A stretch of 64,000 nt of DNA from assembly GCA_051047955.1 (NCBI GenBank), contig JBPGPT010000012.1:1-64000 (forward strand), given 5' to 3'. Position numbers and translations under genes: made by a program. The notes under the pieces are model-generated. The model ran no database searches. It was not told the DNA's origin and saw only the letters and a list, made by a program, of their open reading frames with translations. Numbering within the stretch: the first letter of the stretch is position 1; each line of letters begins with the position of its first letter. The stretch comes from Cystobasidiomycetes sp. EMM_F5. Lineage: Eukaryota. Below, piece by piece: positions 1 through 12,562 of this stretch.

Positions 1-2
1 CG

Positions 3-602
3 CAAGACTGGAACGAATCTCTTCTTCCTCCCCCGACTCAGGCTATGCTCAAAGGAGATCAAACCAGCTTTGCCAATAATACTACCGAACAATCGCTCAT
101 CAATCTCCCAAGCTGGGGCTTTGCTCTCGCATCTATCACCAGTCTATGTAATCTATCGTCCGCATTATCCGTACGGCAGTCCGAACAGCCGAAGCTCAAC
201 CTTCTTGGCTATGTCCACGAAATCGAGCCGGTCGGCAGCATTCCGCTAAAGAAGCGTTCAGCACGTACTGGTCGAATGGAAGCAGAAAGAGCGGCCATGA
301 TCTTGCTTGATGAGACTGGTGCAAGTCTACAGGTCGTGATGTGGGATGACTATGCGCAAAAATGGATAGGCGAATACATTCGACAAGGCGACGTCGTCTA
401 TCTTGAGCGCATCGCAATATCCGAGTACAAGAATGTTCTCCAGGGTACCACCGTTGAAGGAAGTCGGGTGCAGATCTGCTATAGGACAGCAGCTGTTGCC
501 TCGGCGAGCGATTTGGCCTTGCGGCCAGATCTCGATCTCGCTTGGGATCTTATTAGCAGGCGTGTTAAAGCTCTGCGTAGCCTGGCAGTAGATTTAGCTT
601 GA
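3..602 (+). CDS. OB-fold ssDNA/nucleic-acid-binding protein, 5'-partial
   Basis: Frame is open from position 3 to TGA at 600-602. The pattern LNLLGYVHEI...ILLDETGASLQVVMWDDYA.W...QGDVVYLERI is a typical OB-fold beta-barrel (RPA/SHLD2-like). Confidence 0.6.
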   Translation, partial: QDWNESLLPPPTQAMLKGDQTSFANNTTEQSLINLPSWGFALASITSLCNLSSALSVRQSEQPKLNLLGYVHEIEPVGSIPLKKRSARTGRMEAERAAMILLDETGASLQVVMWDDYAQKWIGEYIRQGDVVYLERIAISEYKNVLQGTTVEGSRVQICYRTAAVASASDLALRPDLDLAWDLISRRVKALRSLAVDLA

Positions 603-1334
603 ATGATACGCCGCATTTGGTCGACGTCTCAGAGACTGTAGAATACGGCAAGCGCTCGAAGGTCGATACCGTGAAGAGTGTTCATGGTCGTTAAGTTAAA
701 CGCTTCGGTCAAAAATCTTCGAGGACATACATCACGAAGCCGTCATCATGGATCTTTCGACTGCCAGAAGCGCTGAGCATCCTCGGCGATTTGGCGTCCG
801 GCTGCGAGCAGCTCCTTCTCGTCAATTGATAGCTGGCCGGCCAATTGCTTATCTAGCAAGGGCAATAGCCCGTACTCTCCTATCGAGCCGTCGGAAATGG
901 AGCTGAATACTGTCGTGATTAGATCTAGTCGCCCGTTCTCCATCGTAGGACTTAGTCCAATCTCGCGGAATGCAGATTATCTCGGCGCTGTCAACGAGGT
1001 GATCCTCTTGCGCAAGGTAGAATATTGCGCTATGCTCGGCGAATGGTAGAGTGACGTTCGTGTGGTTCGTAGGAGACGACATGGAAGAGCCCTTGTATGT
1101 GATCGTTGTCGAACTTAGCCACTGCGACCGTGGCATTAGCAGTGGCATTACAGAGCTGTAGGACTACTGAGCCGACGAAGTGGGAAGTGATGACTCGGAT
1201 GGGGCAGCGTGAGCATGTCAAGTGTACATATTTGGCAGTCTGAAGATGGAGAAGATTGGTTTGCTTCGAATTGGTCTCCATCAGCTTGATCGCCTGGTTC
1301 TTTCAGACTGATACGAAGCTGACGTCTTGCATGG

Positions 1335-3095
1335 ATGCAAAGGCGGATAGGCAGTAGTCACTCCACTGCTGCACATAATGCCACTCTTGTTGCACTGAAA
1401 GCACCCCGCTTGGTCCGCTTCAACAGCAACGCTGCCAGGCTTGACCCTTACAATGCGTTCATCACTCGTTTCGCAGAAGAAACCCGCGCCTTGAACAGCC
1501 ATGCCGCCTCTGGCCGTCTCTCACACCTTTCCATCAGCATCAAAGACAATATATGCATAGCTTCAAAGCCGTCTCTTGCAACTGGATTGCTTTCATCAAC
1601 AGCTCCAGCTTTGGAGCAAAATGATCAAAGGATTTCAACGACATGCGCTTCGCGCATGCTAGCAGACTATCAATCCCCGTACGATGCGACCGTTGTGCGC
1701 CTCATACGCGAAGCCGGCGGTCGAATAATCGGCAAGACCAACATGGACGAGTTTGGAATGGGCTCCTACGGCATACATTCGCACTCTGGTCCTGTACACA
1801 ACCCTGTTGATGCGATACGAGTTGCTGGTGGCAGTTCGAGCGGGGCAGCTGCAAGTGTAGCGGCTGGATTGTGCGATGTGTGAGCTGGAGCATCCGACAG
1901 CTCGTCACAAAAGACTATGCTCACACAAAACTCGTTCTTCAGTGCTATAGGAAGCGATACAGGCGGCTCTATCCGTCTACCCGCTAGCTATACTGGCACA
2001 ATCGGGTTCAAGCCGTCCTACGGCCTGATCTCCAGGCATGGATTGATTGCATACGCTAGCAGTCTAGACACGGTTGGAATTATCGGCAAGCACGTTGAAG
2101 ATGTTCGGGATACTTTCCGTGCGTGTGCCTGTCTTTTTGCATGGTGTCTCGACGGTCTAAATTTCGTAGGCAGGCATCCTCGCCCAGTACGATGCAGCGG
2201 ATCCTACTGCTGTACCAGGAAGATATCGCAGCAGCACGCATCATAATCGTTTCTGGTTGGAGCGATCAGTCCCTTTGCGTATAGGCGTACCTGTCGAGTG
2301 CTTCCCGTCCGAGCTGACGGCAGAGTCAATCGCTCCAGTCCGCCGCGCTTTACGATTGCTTCGTGACCGGTACAATGCAGAAATTGTATCTGTCAGTATT
2401 CCGAGCACGCCCCGAGCTTTAAGTGCATACTATACGATCGCGAGTGCTGAAGCGAGCAGCAATTTGGCAAAGTACGATGGAGTACAGTATGGTTACAGGA
2501 GCGAGAGCAAACTGGCAGGGAGCGCGGCGTATGCCGCAACTAGGACTGAAGGGTTTGGTGACGAAGTCAAGAAGCGCATCATACTGGGGACGTATGCGTT
2601 AACTTCAGAGCAAGTTGAATCCGCTCAACTTGCGTGGGATTTTAGCTGACAGTATCCGAAACTGCCAGTGCATTCGACAACTACTTTCTGGCCGCGCAGC
2701 GGCTTCGAGATACGTTGAAGGACGAAATGGACAGAGTGCTCCGAGCCTCAAACCCCTTGCGCGCAGCAATACGAAAAGGCAGCGGGAGGATCGACGGGCT
2801 CGACGTGGCTGACAACACGGTGGACATGCTCATCTATCCCTGTGCTATCTCTCCCGCTCCGACTTTGGAGCAAGTCGTGTCGCCTGACCCTGCCCGACAA
2901 GCAGAGTCTTATGTCCAAGATCTGCTGACTGTTCCAGCAAGTCTAGCTGGTATCCCTGCCATAAGCTGCCCGATGCGATATGACGAAGGAGCATCGCAGC
3001 TGCCTGTGGGAGTGCAAATTGTCGGACAGTGGGAATGTGACGAGGATGTGCTTGCAGTAGCCGAGATGCTCATGGCAGCCGATGCAGAGCACTAG
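1335..3095 (+). CDS. HER2: Glutamyl-tRNA(Gln) amidotransferase subunit A, mitochondrial (amidase signature)
   Basis: Motifs [77 protein letters not shown]. Introns at 1880-1942, ~2119-2170 and 2610-2668 (GC-AG). N-terminus is Arg-rich. Confidence 0.92.
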
Positions 3096-3381
3096 ATACC
3101 GCGTCTCAGTGGGGAATGTTGAGCCTGTCTATGTTCATGTAGCGTAGCGTTCATTGCTCACCAAGCTTTCACCGTCTTCAACCAAATTTGTGTGGACAGC
3201 TTGACCATCTTTAAATTCTCGGCGCCTCAGGCACCAAACACGGTGCGTGGCTGACACTCCGACGTTTTGCATAAAGCTCGAGGCGGGCTGTTGACGACAG
3301 GACATCCAGCTCGGACGGTGCGCTTGCGGGTTGGCGCTGGAAAGAGTCGCGCAGACTCGATAGAATATCGCCCAGTTCGCG

Positions 3382-6300
3382 ATGCCAGGATTGACAAACG
3401 GGCACTCTGCCGCTGCGGCTGCCGTCGCAGAGGTACCAAAGGCCAGCGAGGAAACGCCAATCACAGTCTATGAGCTGGAGCTCGAAGACGACGGCTCGCC
3501 CAGCAAGTCGCGCAGCGTGAGTTTGGCTATCGCAGCTGCAGCATTACCTTGGCTGACTGCGACTGCCCCCTGCTCGATGATGTCCTCAACCAAATTATTT
3601 AACCGCTCACAAACAAAAGTACATTCGCCTGCCACCTCCAGTCGTGCCCTACATTCTACGTATATCCATACAAGCTGGATCCCCTGCGTCCAAGAATGGC
3701 GTACTGCACACAAATTTCCCGCTCGATGGATCTGCCTTTGACCGCCAGACCTATCACAAAAAGATGTACGACGCTTCTGTCTATGGCTGAATTTGCAAAA
3801 TAGACTGACTTTGACGTCTTGTCTATGCGTACCATAGCCTGTCTACCGACTTCTCCAAGCCAATTCACATCGATCTGCCAATCACCAAAGCCGGCGTGTT
3901 TCACTACTTCATCGAATACGATGCAATCTCCAGCTATGGGAGGAGGGATCCTCAGCCGACCAGAGCCAACGGTGTTAACGGATCACACGCGACAAGCAGG
4001 CGATCCCGCAGCGAAGCCGGCGCATTCAACGTTGATCCTGTCTTGACCATTCCTAAACGATCTCCGATACTCGATTCTTACTCCAAACCGGAGAGCAATG
4101 GCGGCCAAGTCCTCTCCGAAGTAGTCAATATTCCCACTGATGGTCTCGTCATTCAATCTGTCATAGCGAAATGGATGGGCAGTATCGACCAGTGGGCCCC
4201 ACACCTAGATGTCACGAGAGACCGGGGTTACAACATGTTTCACTTTGCACCCCTTCAACAGCGCGGAATCAGTGGATCACCGTACTCGCTTTACGATCAA
4301 TTGGCCTTCGATGACGCCCTCTTTCCTGAAGGCGCCAAGCTGCCTATTGCCAAACGAGCTGATCGTATGAAGAATCTCCTCGCCGAGATTCGCACAAAGT
4401 GGGGTATCCTCAGTATGACGGATGTGGTATGGAACCACACTGCCAACAACAGCGACTGGCTTCTCGACCATCCTGAAGCTGGTTACAATATCGTAAACTC
4501 CCCTCATCTTGAATCAGCCCTCCTGCTAGACGACGCGCTCATGGACTTCAGCAACAAGCTCGAGTCTCTCGGTTTGCCAACGGATCTCAAGTCTCAAGAC
4601 GACCTTGCCCAGATCATGCGATACATCATTGACCGTCTCCTTCCTTCTCTCAAGCTATGGGAGTTCTACGTCATCGACGTCGCGTCCGAGAAGAGCAAGT
4701 TTATCAAAGCTTGGGGCAGCGCCTCAAAATCAGAGATCACGGAAGATCTGGCAACCATGCCCCGAAAAGACTTGACCGATCTATTCGCCAGTCTCTGCTT
4801 CCCGGAGAGGTGGACTGACTTGGGTGGGCGCTACAATGCACATATCAAAAATGTTGAAGTGGCTGTCGCCTTCGTTGCGAAACTACTAAACGTTTCGTCG
4901 AGCGACGGATCTGCGGCGGATCGTGCTTCGTCGGAGATTGAGCGGATCCTGAATGATCTGAATGTCGACCGATACAAAATGTTCAACGACGATGTACAAG
5001 CTGCTATTGACAACACCAAAGGCAGAATTGATTACACTCGGTTAGCGGGCCATGGTCCACGATTGGGCAAGATTACAGCCGAGTGAGTCGAGATTGGGTG
5101 TTGTCCGGTCTATGCTCCGCTAATGGTTTGACTAAAACAGACAACCCCTTGTCGAGTCGTTGTTTACACGGTTGCCCAGCAACCCTCGTACAAAGAAGCA
5201 CGATGCCCGATCGCTCAGTCTGGCGAACAATGGTTGGATATGGGATGCAAACCCGCTTCAGGATTTCGCTTCTTCAGACTCGCGGGCGTACATTCGTCGC
5301 GCTGTTATCGTCTGGGGAGACTGTGTCAAGCTCCGGTTTGGAAAAGGGCCGGAGGACAATCCTTACTTATGGGATCGGATGACGAAATACACCGAGCTTC
5401 TCGCTAGCATGTTTGCTGGCTTCCGTATCGATAATTGTCACTCAACTCCAATTCATGTCGGCGAGCAGCTACTCGATGCTGCAAGACGAGTCAATCCAAA
5501 TATATACGTCTGTGCGGAGCTGTTTACTGGATCGGAACAGATGGACACCCACTTCGTTCGTCAGCTTGGCTTGAACAGTCTGATTCGGGAGGCAATGAAT
5601 GGCAACGATCCCAAGGACATGAGCAGACTCTTGTACATTTACGGGGTCGGCAAACCTGTTGGTAAGTATCTAAAATTTGGTATGGGTGTGATCCTACTCA
5701 TGCTTGATTCTCGCAGGCTCGATGGCTGTGGATTGCCTGACAGAGCAGTCAGCCATCGAATTCAAGGGCGAGAACAAAGCTTGCGAGATCATTCCTCTAC
5801 AAGGGTCCACGCCTCATGCATTCGTAATGGACTGTACCCACGACAACGAGTCACCAAAAGACAAGCGTACAGCTCGTGATGCTTTGCCTACTGGTGCACT
5901 CGTCAGCTTCTGTTGGAGCGCTGTCGGATCAAACAAGGGCTTTGACGATCTGTACCCGAAACTTCTCAATCTCGTCACTGACAATCGCCAATACGAGACG
6001 TACACGGACAGCACTTCTAGCGGTATCGGTAAAGTCAAGCGGGTAATGAATCACTTGCATGCTGAGATGGCGATCGAGGGTTTCTCTGAAGGTCATTTGC
6101 ACCAGGAAGCAGACGTAAGTCTCGCTGTCATGGGTTGGTAGAGCTTTCTAACGCTCGCAGCAGTACATTGTCTCTCATCGTATTCATCCTAAGACGCATC
6201 AGGGATATCTGCTTGTTGCTCACACCTCCTTTGCGGGCAATACCAGCTCAGACAGAGGACATGGTGAGTGCAATGACTTTCGCTTTCTACCTTATGCTGA

Positions 6301-8807
6301 TTGGCTTGTAGTCCCCCCTGTCATCCTGAGAGGCAGTAAGGCTGCTTATGTGCTAGGAGCTGCTCTAGAGATCACATCGTACGATGATCAGAGTACCAAG
6401 ACTACAAACAAGGGTCTGCCATCTAAGCTCACGGAACTGTCAGCGCCGCGCATAGAGTCGCGTCACGATCACGATGGTTACTTCGAAGAAATCATCGTTC
6501 CCGACTACTTCCCACCAGGCAGTGTTATGCTCTTTTCGACGAGCATGACAAACTTGACGCCCGACATCGATATCCTCTGTGTCAGCGATGCTGCGGAAGC
6601 TTTTAGCAAATTGGATGTAGTGGATCTCAACATCGTCCTCTTCCGCGCCGATGGTGAAGAGCGTGATGCGACAGGTGGGAAAGACGGAACATACAACGTC
6701 CCGGATTATGGGCAGCTAGTATATTGCGGCCTAGAAGGATTCATGCATCCTTTGCGAAACATCATGCGGTCGAATGATCTAGGACACCCCCTGTGTTCTC
6801 ACTTGCGCAGCGGATCATGGGCAATGGACTACGTATACGAAAGGCTCATGAAGTGCGTATCGTCTTAACAAAAGAAGTTCGTCAAATGGCGCTGATGCTT
6901 GTCTACAGGCAAAAGGAAATGCAGGGTCGGCTGGTCAAGCCAGCCATGTGGTTCAAGGAGCGATTTGACGCAATCAGGAGCGGAATCCCAGGTTTTATGC
7001 GACCAAAGTATTTTGCATTGATAATAAATGCAGCCTACAAAGCCGCACGCGATCGCGCTTTCTATGAATGCGCGCCATTCGTACAAAGAGGGCATGCATT
7101 CACACAGAACCTCGCTTTGACTGCGCTGCAAATGTATGGTCGCGTCTTATCCGCGTCACTTCACCCGCAGGTCAATACACCGTCCCTTGCAGCCGGTCTA
7201 CCGCATTTCGCTGCCGGATGGGCACGTACCTGGGGCCGAGATGTCTTCATTTCGCTGCGGGGTCTCTTCTTGACGACGGGACTCTACGATGCAGCTCGAG
7301 AACACCTGTTGGCCTTTTGTTCCACACTAAAACATGGCCTCATCCCGAACCTGCTAGAGTGGGTGTTATCGATGTTCTCCCTATTCATTCCCGGCTGACG
7401 TTCATTCCTCAGCTCCATCCGCACACCACGTTATAATTCGCGAGACTCGCCATGGTGGATGTTGCAGAACATTCAAGATTATACGAAGATGGCGCCCGAA
7501 GGCGATGCCATACTTGATGTGCCAGTCAAGCGTCGTTTTCCGCTTAATGATGAATGGGTCAAATGGAGCGATCGCGCTGCTTATAGCTACTCCAGCACCG
7601 TCGCGGAGGTTATCCAGGAGGTTCTGCAACGGCACGCATCGGGTATACATTTCCGCGAATACAATGCCGGACCAAATCTAGACATGCAGATGGCGGACGA
7701 GGGTTTCAACATTGACATCGAGGTCGACTGGAAGACTGGATTTATTACCGGTGGCAACAGCCGAAATTGTGGCACATGGTGAGCGGACTGTACAAAGGCT
7801 CGAAAATGTGGGGCTAACTTCCTTTATAGGATGGACAAGATGGGCGAATCTGAGCGTACGGGAAACAAGAGCTGGCCTGGTACACCAAGAGACGGCGCTC
7901 CGGTGGAGATTACGGGCCTTCTAAAGAGCACTCTGACTTGGATCGCGACACTTGCAGAGAAAGGACGTTTTCCTTTCAATGGCGTCGAAGCAACAGGTAT
8001 GCCCATTCCTTTTCTTGTTACACCGATGTCAAGAGCTGATACATAGCACTGTAGTCGGAGGCGAGAAGAAACTGGTAACATACAAGGAGTGGGCCGATTT
8101 GCTTCAAGCGAATTTCGAGAAATATTATTATGTGCCCTCCAATCCGAATGACGATGTCAACTATGCCATCAATGCGTCTGTAGTATCCCGGCGTGGTATC
8201 TAGTGAGTAGCATATCTTGCACGAAACCGCTGAAGACTGGCTGACCGCTTTCTACGTTTACAGCAAGGATGTCTATGGTACACCTCTTGATCGCGAGTAT
8301 TCCGATTACCAATTGCGGCCAAATTTTCCGGTCGCCATGACAGTCGCTCCCGAGCTGTTTGACCCCGAGCATGCTATGGAGGCGCTGCGCACGACACACA
8401 AAATTCTGCTTGGACCGCTGGGCATGAAGACATTGGACTCAGCGGACCATGCATACCGGCCAAACTACGATAACAGCAATGACGGCTACGACAAATCCGT
8501 TGCTAAAGGCTGGAATTATCACCAAGGACCGGAATGGGTTTGGCCTATAGGCTACTTCCTTCGAGCCTACTTGCACTTTGACCGCATTGCCGGTGCTGGA
8601 CAACAGAATCCAAACGAAACTGTCCATCATCTGCATTCCCTTTTACTCGAGCATCGTAAATTCATCAAGACGGATGCTTGGGCTGGGCTGCCCGAGCTTA
8701 CCAATGAGAACGGCGCATACTGCCACGACTCCTGCCGGACTCAAGCATGGAGCTCCAGCACTATACTTGACTTTTTGCACGACGTAGCAGCCACTTCATC
8801 GCCATGA
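3382..8807 (+). CDS. GDB1: Glycogen debranching enzyme (4-alpha-glucanotransferase / amylo-1,6-glucosidase), multi-exon
   Basis: Motifs DVVWNHTA, GFRIDNCHSTP, AELFTGSE, MDCTHDNE, WGRDVFISLRG, NCGTWMDKMGES, RDGAPVEI, YHQGPEW, QAWS are spread over consecutive spliced ORFs. Confidence 0.96.
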
Positions 8808-9295
8808 CACATCTCGGTAAAATTGTAAGAGTCATCGATGACGGAGCCCGTCAGGAGGGGTGCCTTATCGATTGCAATATAGAAGCAGTACTCGTCTCTA
8901 ATAATGAGTATCTTCGGTCTAGTTACATCGTCGCTTAGAGCGCCCAGCGCTGCGCGCGCGTCTCACGATGATTTCTTGTTGTGTCGATTAGGGTCATGCG
9001 TCGACATGCGGAACATACTGATTGCGGTCGTGTGATCTGGTACCGCTCGATGCACTCTACGACAAAAAACAAGATTTACATTATCATAGCACGGCCTTCA
9101 CTCCTTTCTACCATTACACTTCCCTATTACTTCTTCCCCCTGTCTTCGGGATTGCGTTGCATGACTCAGCCGTACTGACTTTCCCTGCCTGTGAGTCATC
9201 GTACATCACACTGATGATATTTTGCTTCACTTCACTCCTGAACCCAACTGCCACACGCCCGATGAACACTACCCACGTGTTCCCACATTGCCACA

Positions 9296-11002
9296 CTAGT
9301 TATTTTCAGTAGCTTGCATGAGCCGGTTGAAAGACCAGCTGAGCGCGCGTTTTCTGTCTCTTGACCTGCCTCTCCTCTCATGTTCGCCATCTTCTTGCTC
9401 TCTTGCGACCCGTCTACGTTGCTCTTCTTTAAGTCGACGAGCTATGTAGGAGGCTTCGCGTTCACCCAAGACATAGGTCGATGCCTCCACGCTTCTCTGA
9501 CCATCCTTGACGTCGGCGTCATGGAGGCCAAGGCCTGAGATGGCTGCGGCCATCTGTACGCTGATCAGAGGTGACCGACAGGAAGGAGGTGATATAGGAT
9601 TGCTCGTTGGCGTCGAAGCGCGCTGTTTGAGCGCTCCGACGGTACTTGTCTTCAGCGAGATGGACGCTGCAGAACTGGCGCAGATACCATTTGAACTTTT
9701 GACGCGGTCTGGAAGTTCGGTTGGAGATTGATCTTGAGCGGTGTGATTTTCGTCTTCGAATCCATCCAATCCATAGAGGAAGGTTGTGGTAGGCTGCGAC
9801 GATGCGTTTGGATGAGGCGTTGTATGACGATGAACAGGATGTGGACGTTGCGAGATGTCATTAGCCGAGAAGGTCGGTGCATTCTTTAACCGGGCAGCAT
9901 CCGAGATATTACTGTGGGCCTGGCTTGTTTGCCTGATGTCGTCGTTCGTGGGGTGAACCTTGGAGATGTCCAGCGACCGTCTGGGCGCGCTACGTCTTTC
10001 GGGAATGTGCAGAAAGACGGAACGGTGTGCAGATGCGGCAGTGGGGGCGGATACTAACAGTGAGGTCACAGACGGAGTGTCCTTGGGGGATTGATCATGA
10101 AGTCGCGCAGGGCGGGGAGAAGCACCGTCCGCAGTGCGCTCAGCAGACATCACGCCGGAAGCTGTAGCGTGAGAGGTGATGGGCACGTTTGCCATCGGCG
10201 CAGCGCTATGGACGAACTTCACGGCTGTAACATCTTTGAGCGACACGTTTAGACGCATTGGTTTACCGGACGATATAGTAGATGAAGATGGAAGATAAAA
10301 GGACAGTGGGTAACGCCGGGTATCTGCTGATTTATGTTCTTGAAATATGGGATAATCGCTTCGTTGGACGTCGTCGGTTCTGAAGCGGGAACTGATACTA
10401 CTCGTACCGATGGGTGGAAGAAAAGAGTCCGCAGAAACGAGTACGTGAGGATGACGGACCCTCCTGTGAACTTTCCTGTGAGCGGACTTGGAGTGTCGAG
10501 CTGCGAGACTCGGCCGACTGGCGAACGACTCGAGTGGCTTATTCGCGATTGGAGTAGCGTATGGCGCTAGGTACGGTGACGGCGTGGTAAGAGAGGGGTG
10601 CGATGGGACTACGAATGGTACTGATGCTGCCCGAGGAATTTCTCGGATGCTTGCCTTGTGCGTGGTCGAAGTCGGCGGCCTCGATGGCGTACTCTCACAA
10701 CTTTGAGGGCAGCAGGCGCTCACACTGACACGACGTTGGGAAGGAGCACGAGGGAATACAGAGCAATGTCAGTCAAACTTGTGCTGTAACATTGCGTCCA
10801 CGTTCGAAGTGTGCGACTTCTGGCCCTTTTACGACAGGCCGTTGCATACTCCAACGAACGGCGTCGGACAGGGTCCTCTGAGATCTGGGGGTGCCGGTAT
10901 GTGCACTGGGGCACCACGTTCGCCAAAGCTGAAGTGTTGAGTCACTCACTCTTCGTTTCCAGCTGGCAGGCATTCGAAGCAGTGGTCTGGAGATCTAGAC
11001 AT
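9296..11002 (-). CDS. Hypothetical, largely disordered Ser/Pro-rich protein with an N-terminal Cys cluster
   Basis: 475-codon ORF at 9296-10723. Proposed exon 1 at 10950-11002 (ATG) joins through a GTGAGT...CTGAC...CAG intron (10725-10949) to give MSRSPDHCFECLPAGNEDVSACCPQSC. C-terminus contains ERRGRSR. Confidence 0.6.
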
Positions 11003-11684
11003 GGCAAATGCCAGCCGAATTTATATGGATCGTCGATGGAACAGGCCGAGAATCTGCACGATGCTCAGACGGAAAAGCCGACTGCAGCTGTGATGTACTG
11101 GAGCATAGCATAGCGCAAGCTACAACGAGAGCGTATTCTTGCAGGAATAGGACGCGCGACAAGGTTAGACCCCATAAAAAAGCTCAGGACGCGTAGGGAG
11201 GGTCGAGGGGCCAGACCGGGCCCCCGCATTTAGCGCTCTGCTTGTGATGACCAAACACGCGCTCGCGCCTCTCGTCAGCCGCGCCATACATTGTATGACT
11301 TTGGAGCGCAACGTTGATCTGCTTCTGACTGCCAGTCCCATGATCTTCAAGGAGCCGAAACGAAAATGGTCCGAATCCAGGCGATCTATATTAACGAGAC
11401 TACCCGAATTCTCCTCTCTGACAGCATTCTGACATGTAGAGTCGAAGATTCGGCGACGGAACAGCCGCGTGCGCTCGTGGGAAGCTCACATGCAGTCCTT
11501 TCTGTCCGACATGGGTAGCTTCCAGTCGGATCTGATCCAAATCCCAGGTTTTGTTACAAGGTGTTTCTTTGATGCTTGTGCTTGCAACGACTGTCTCCTT
11601 CTGCTCATCTCGCAACTCGCTTACAGCTGGGTGTCACCTCCGCATCCTTTACACTCCTAAAACCCGTACAACCTCCTCTTTATT

Positions 11685-12262
11685 ATGGGCGCCCAATGCA
11701 GCAGCACCTCAGTAGTAAGCTAACCGCCGAGCGAAATGTTGAACCATACGTCTGACTTACTACCGCGTCTAGCCTGCTGGGAAGATGGCCCCTGCCCTAG
11801 TAAGTTGCTGTGATCTTTAGACAGATATGGAATGCCTGACTATGTTCCTGTAGGACAGATGCCAGGCAATCACCATTCCTTCCAACGCTGGTGATTACAC
11901 CCTGAATGCTGGGCAATCTGCGAGCAACCCGTTCGTAATTACAGACAAGGCGGCTTGTCAAATTTGCGCAGCCAAATTGTAGGTTCAGCACTCACATGTA
12001 TTAGCACCAGCTGAAGTACTGTTCTGTACTGCTAATCTATATCTTCCGAACCTATAGAGTCAACATCGGAGGTCTGCCCGTCAAGCTCACGCCTACTCAA
12101 CTTGAGACTGCGCTGGCTGCTTCTCTGACTAATGCGTTCTCTAATGGCGCCGCGCCATACGTGTCGACCTGCACCTACATGACGACAGCTGCTGATGGTA
12201 TGACGGGTACCAACATTCAGCTGACCATCGGTCCCGCAAGCGAACTCGGTGTTACATGCTGA
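11685..12262 (+). CDS. Small 128-aa six-cysteine orphan protein (4 exons; not in ORF track)
   Basis: Exons 11685-11714, 11773-11799, 11854-11978, 12058-12262. Three canonical introns (GTAAGC/GTAAGT/GTAGGT donors, CTGAC/CTAAT branch sites, TAG acceptors) splice in frame to 387 nt ending TGA. Confidence 0.75.
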
Positions 12263-12562
12263 AACGTAGACTGAGCGTGGGCAAGCACAGAGAAACTGTC
12301 AATACTCTGCTTGATCTGTCAATTTGTATAAAGACTGCGCACTATCATCTCCAATCACTGTGATCACTGTATGTAGACATCGAGAAGGATGCGAAGGTTG
12401 TACTGTGACGAAGAAATTCCCGTACCGCATAACCCCACACTAATTGCGATTTTGCCTATTTCCGTGGACGAGGCAAGTTTCAGAACGATAACAATAACTC
12501 CCTCCTGCACGAGCGTAACAAGTTGATTGTGATTGACTACTAACCCCCGCGAACAGGAAGGG

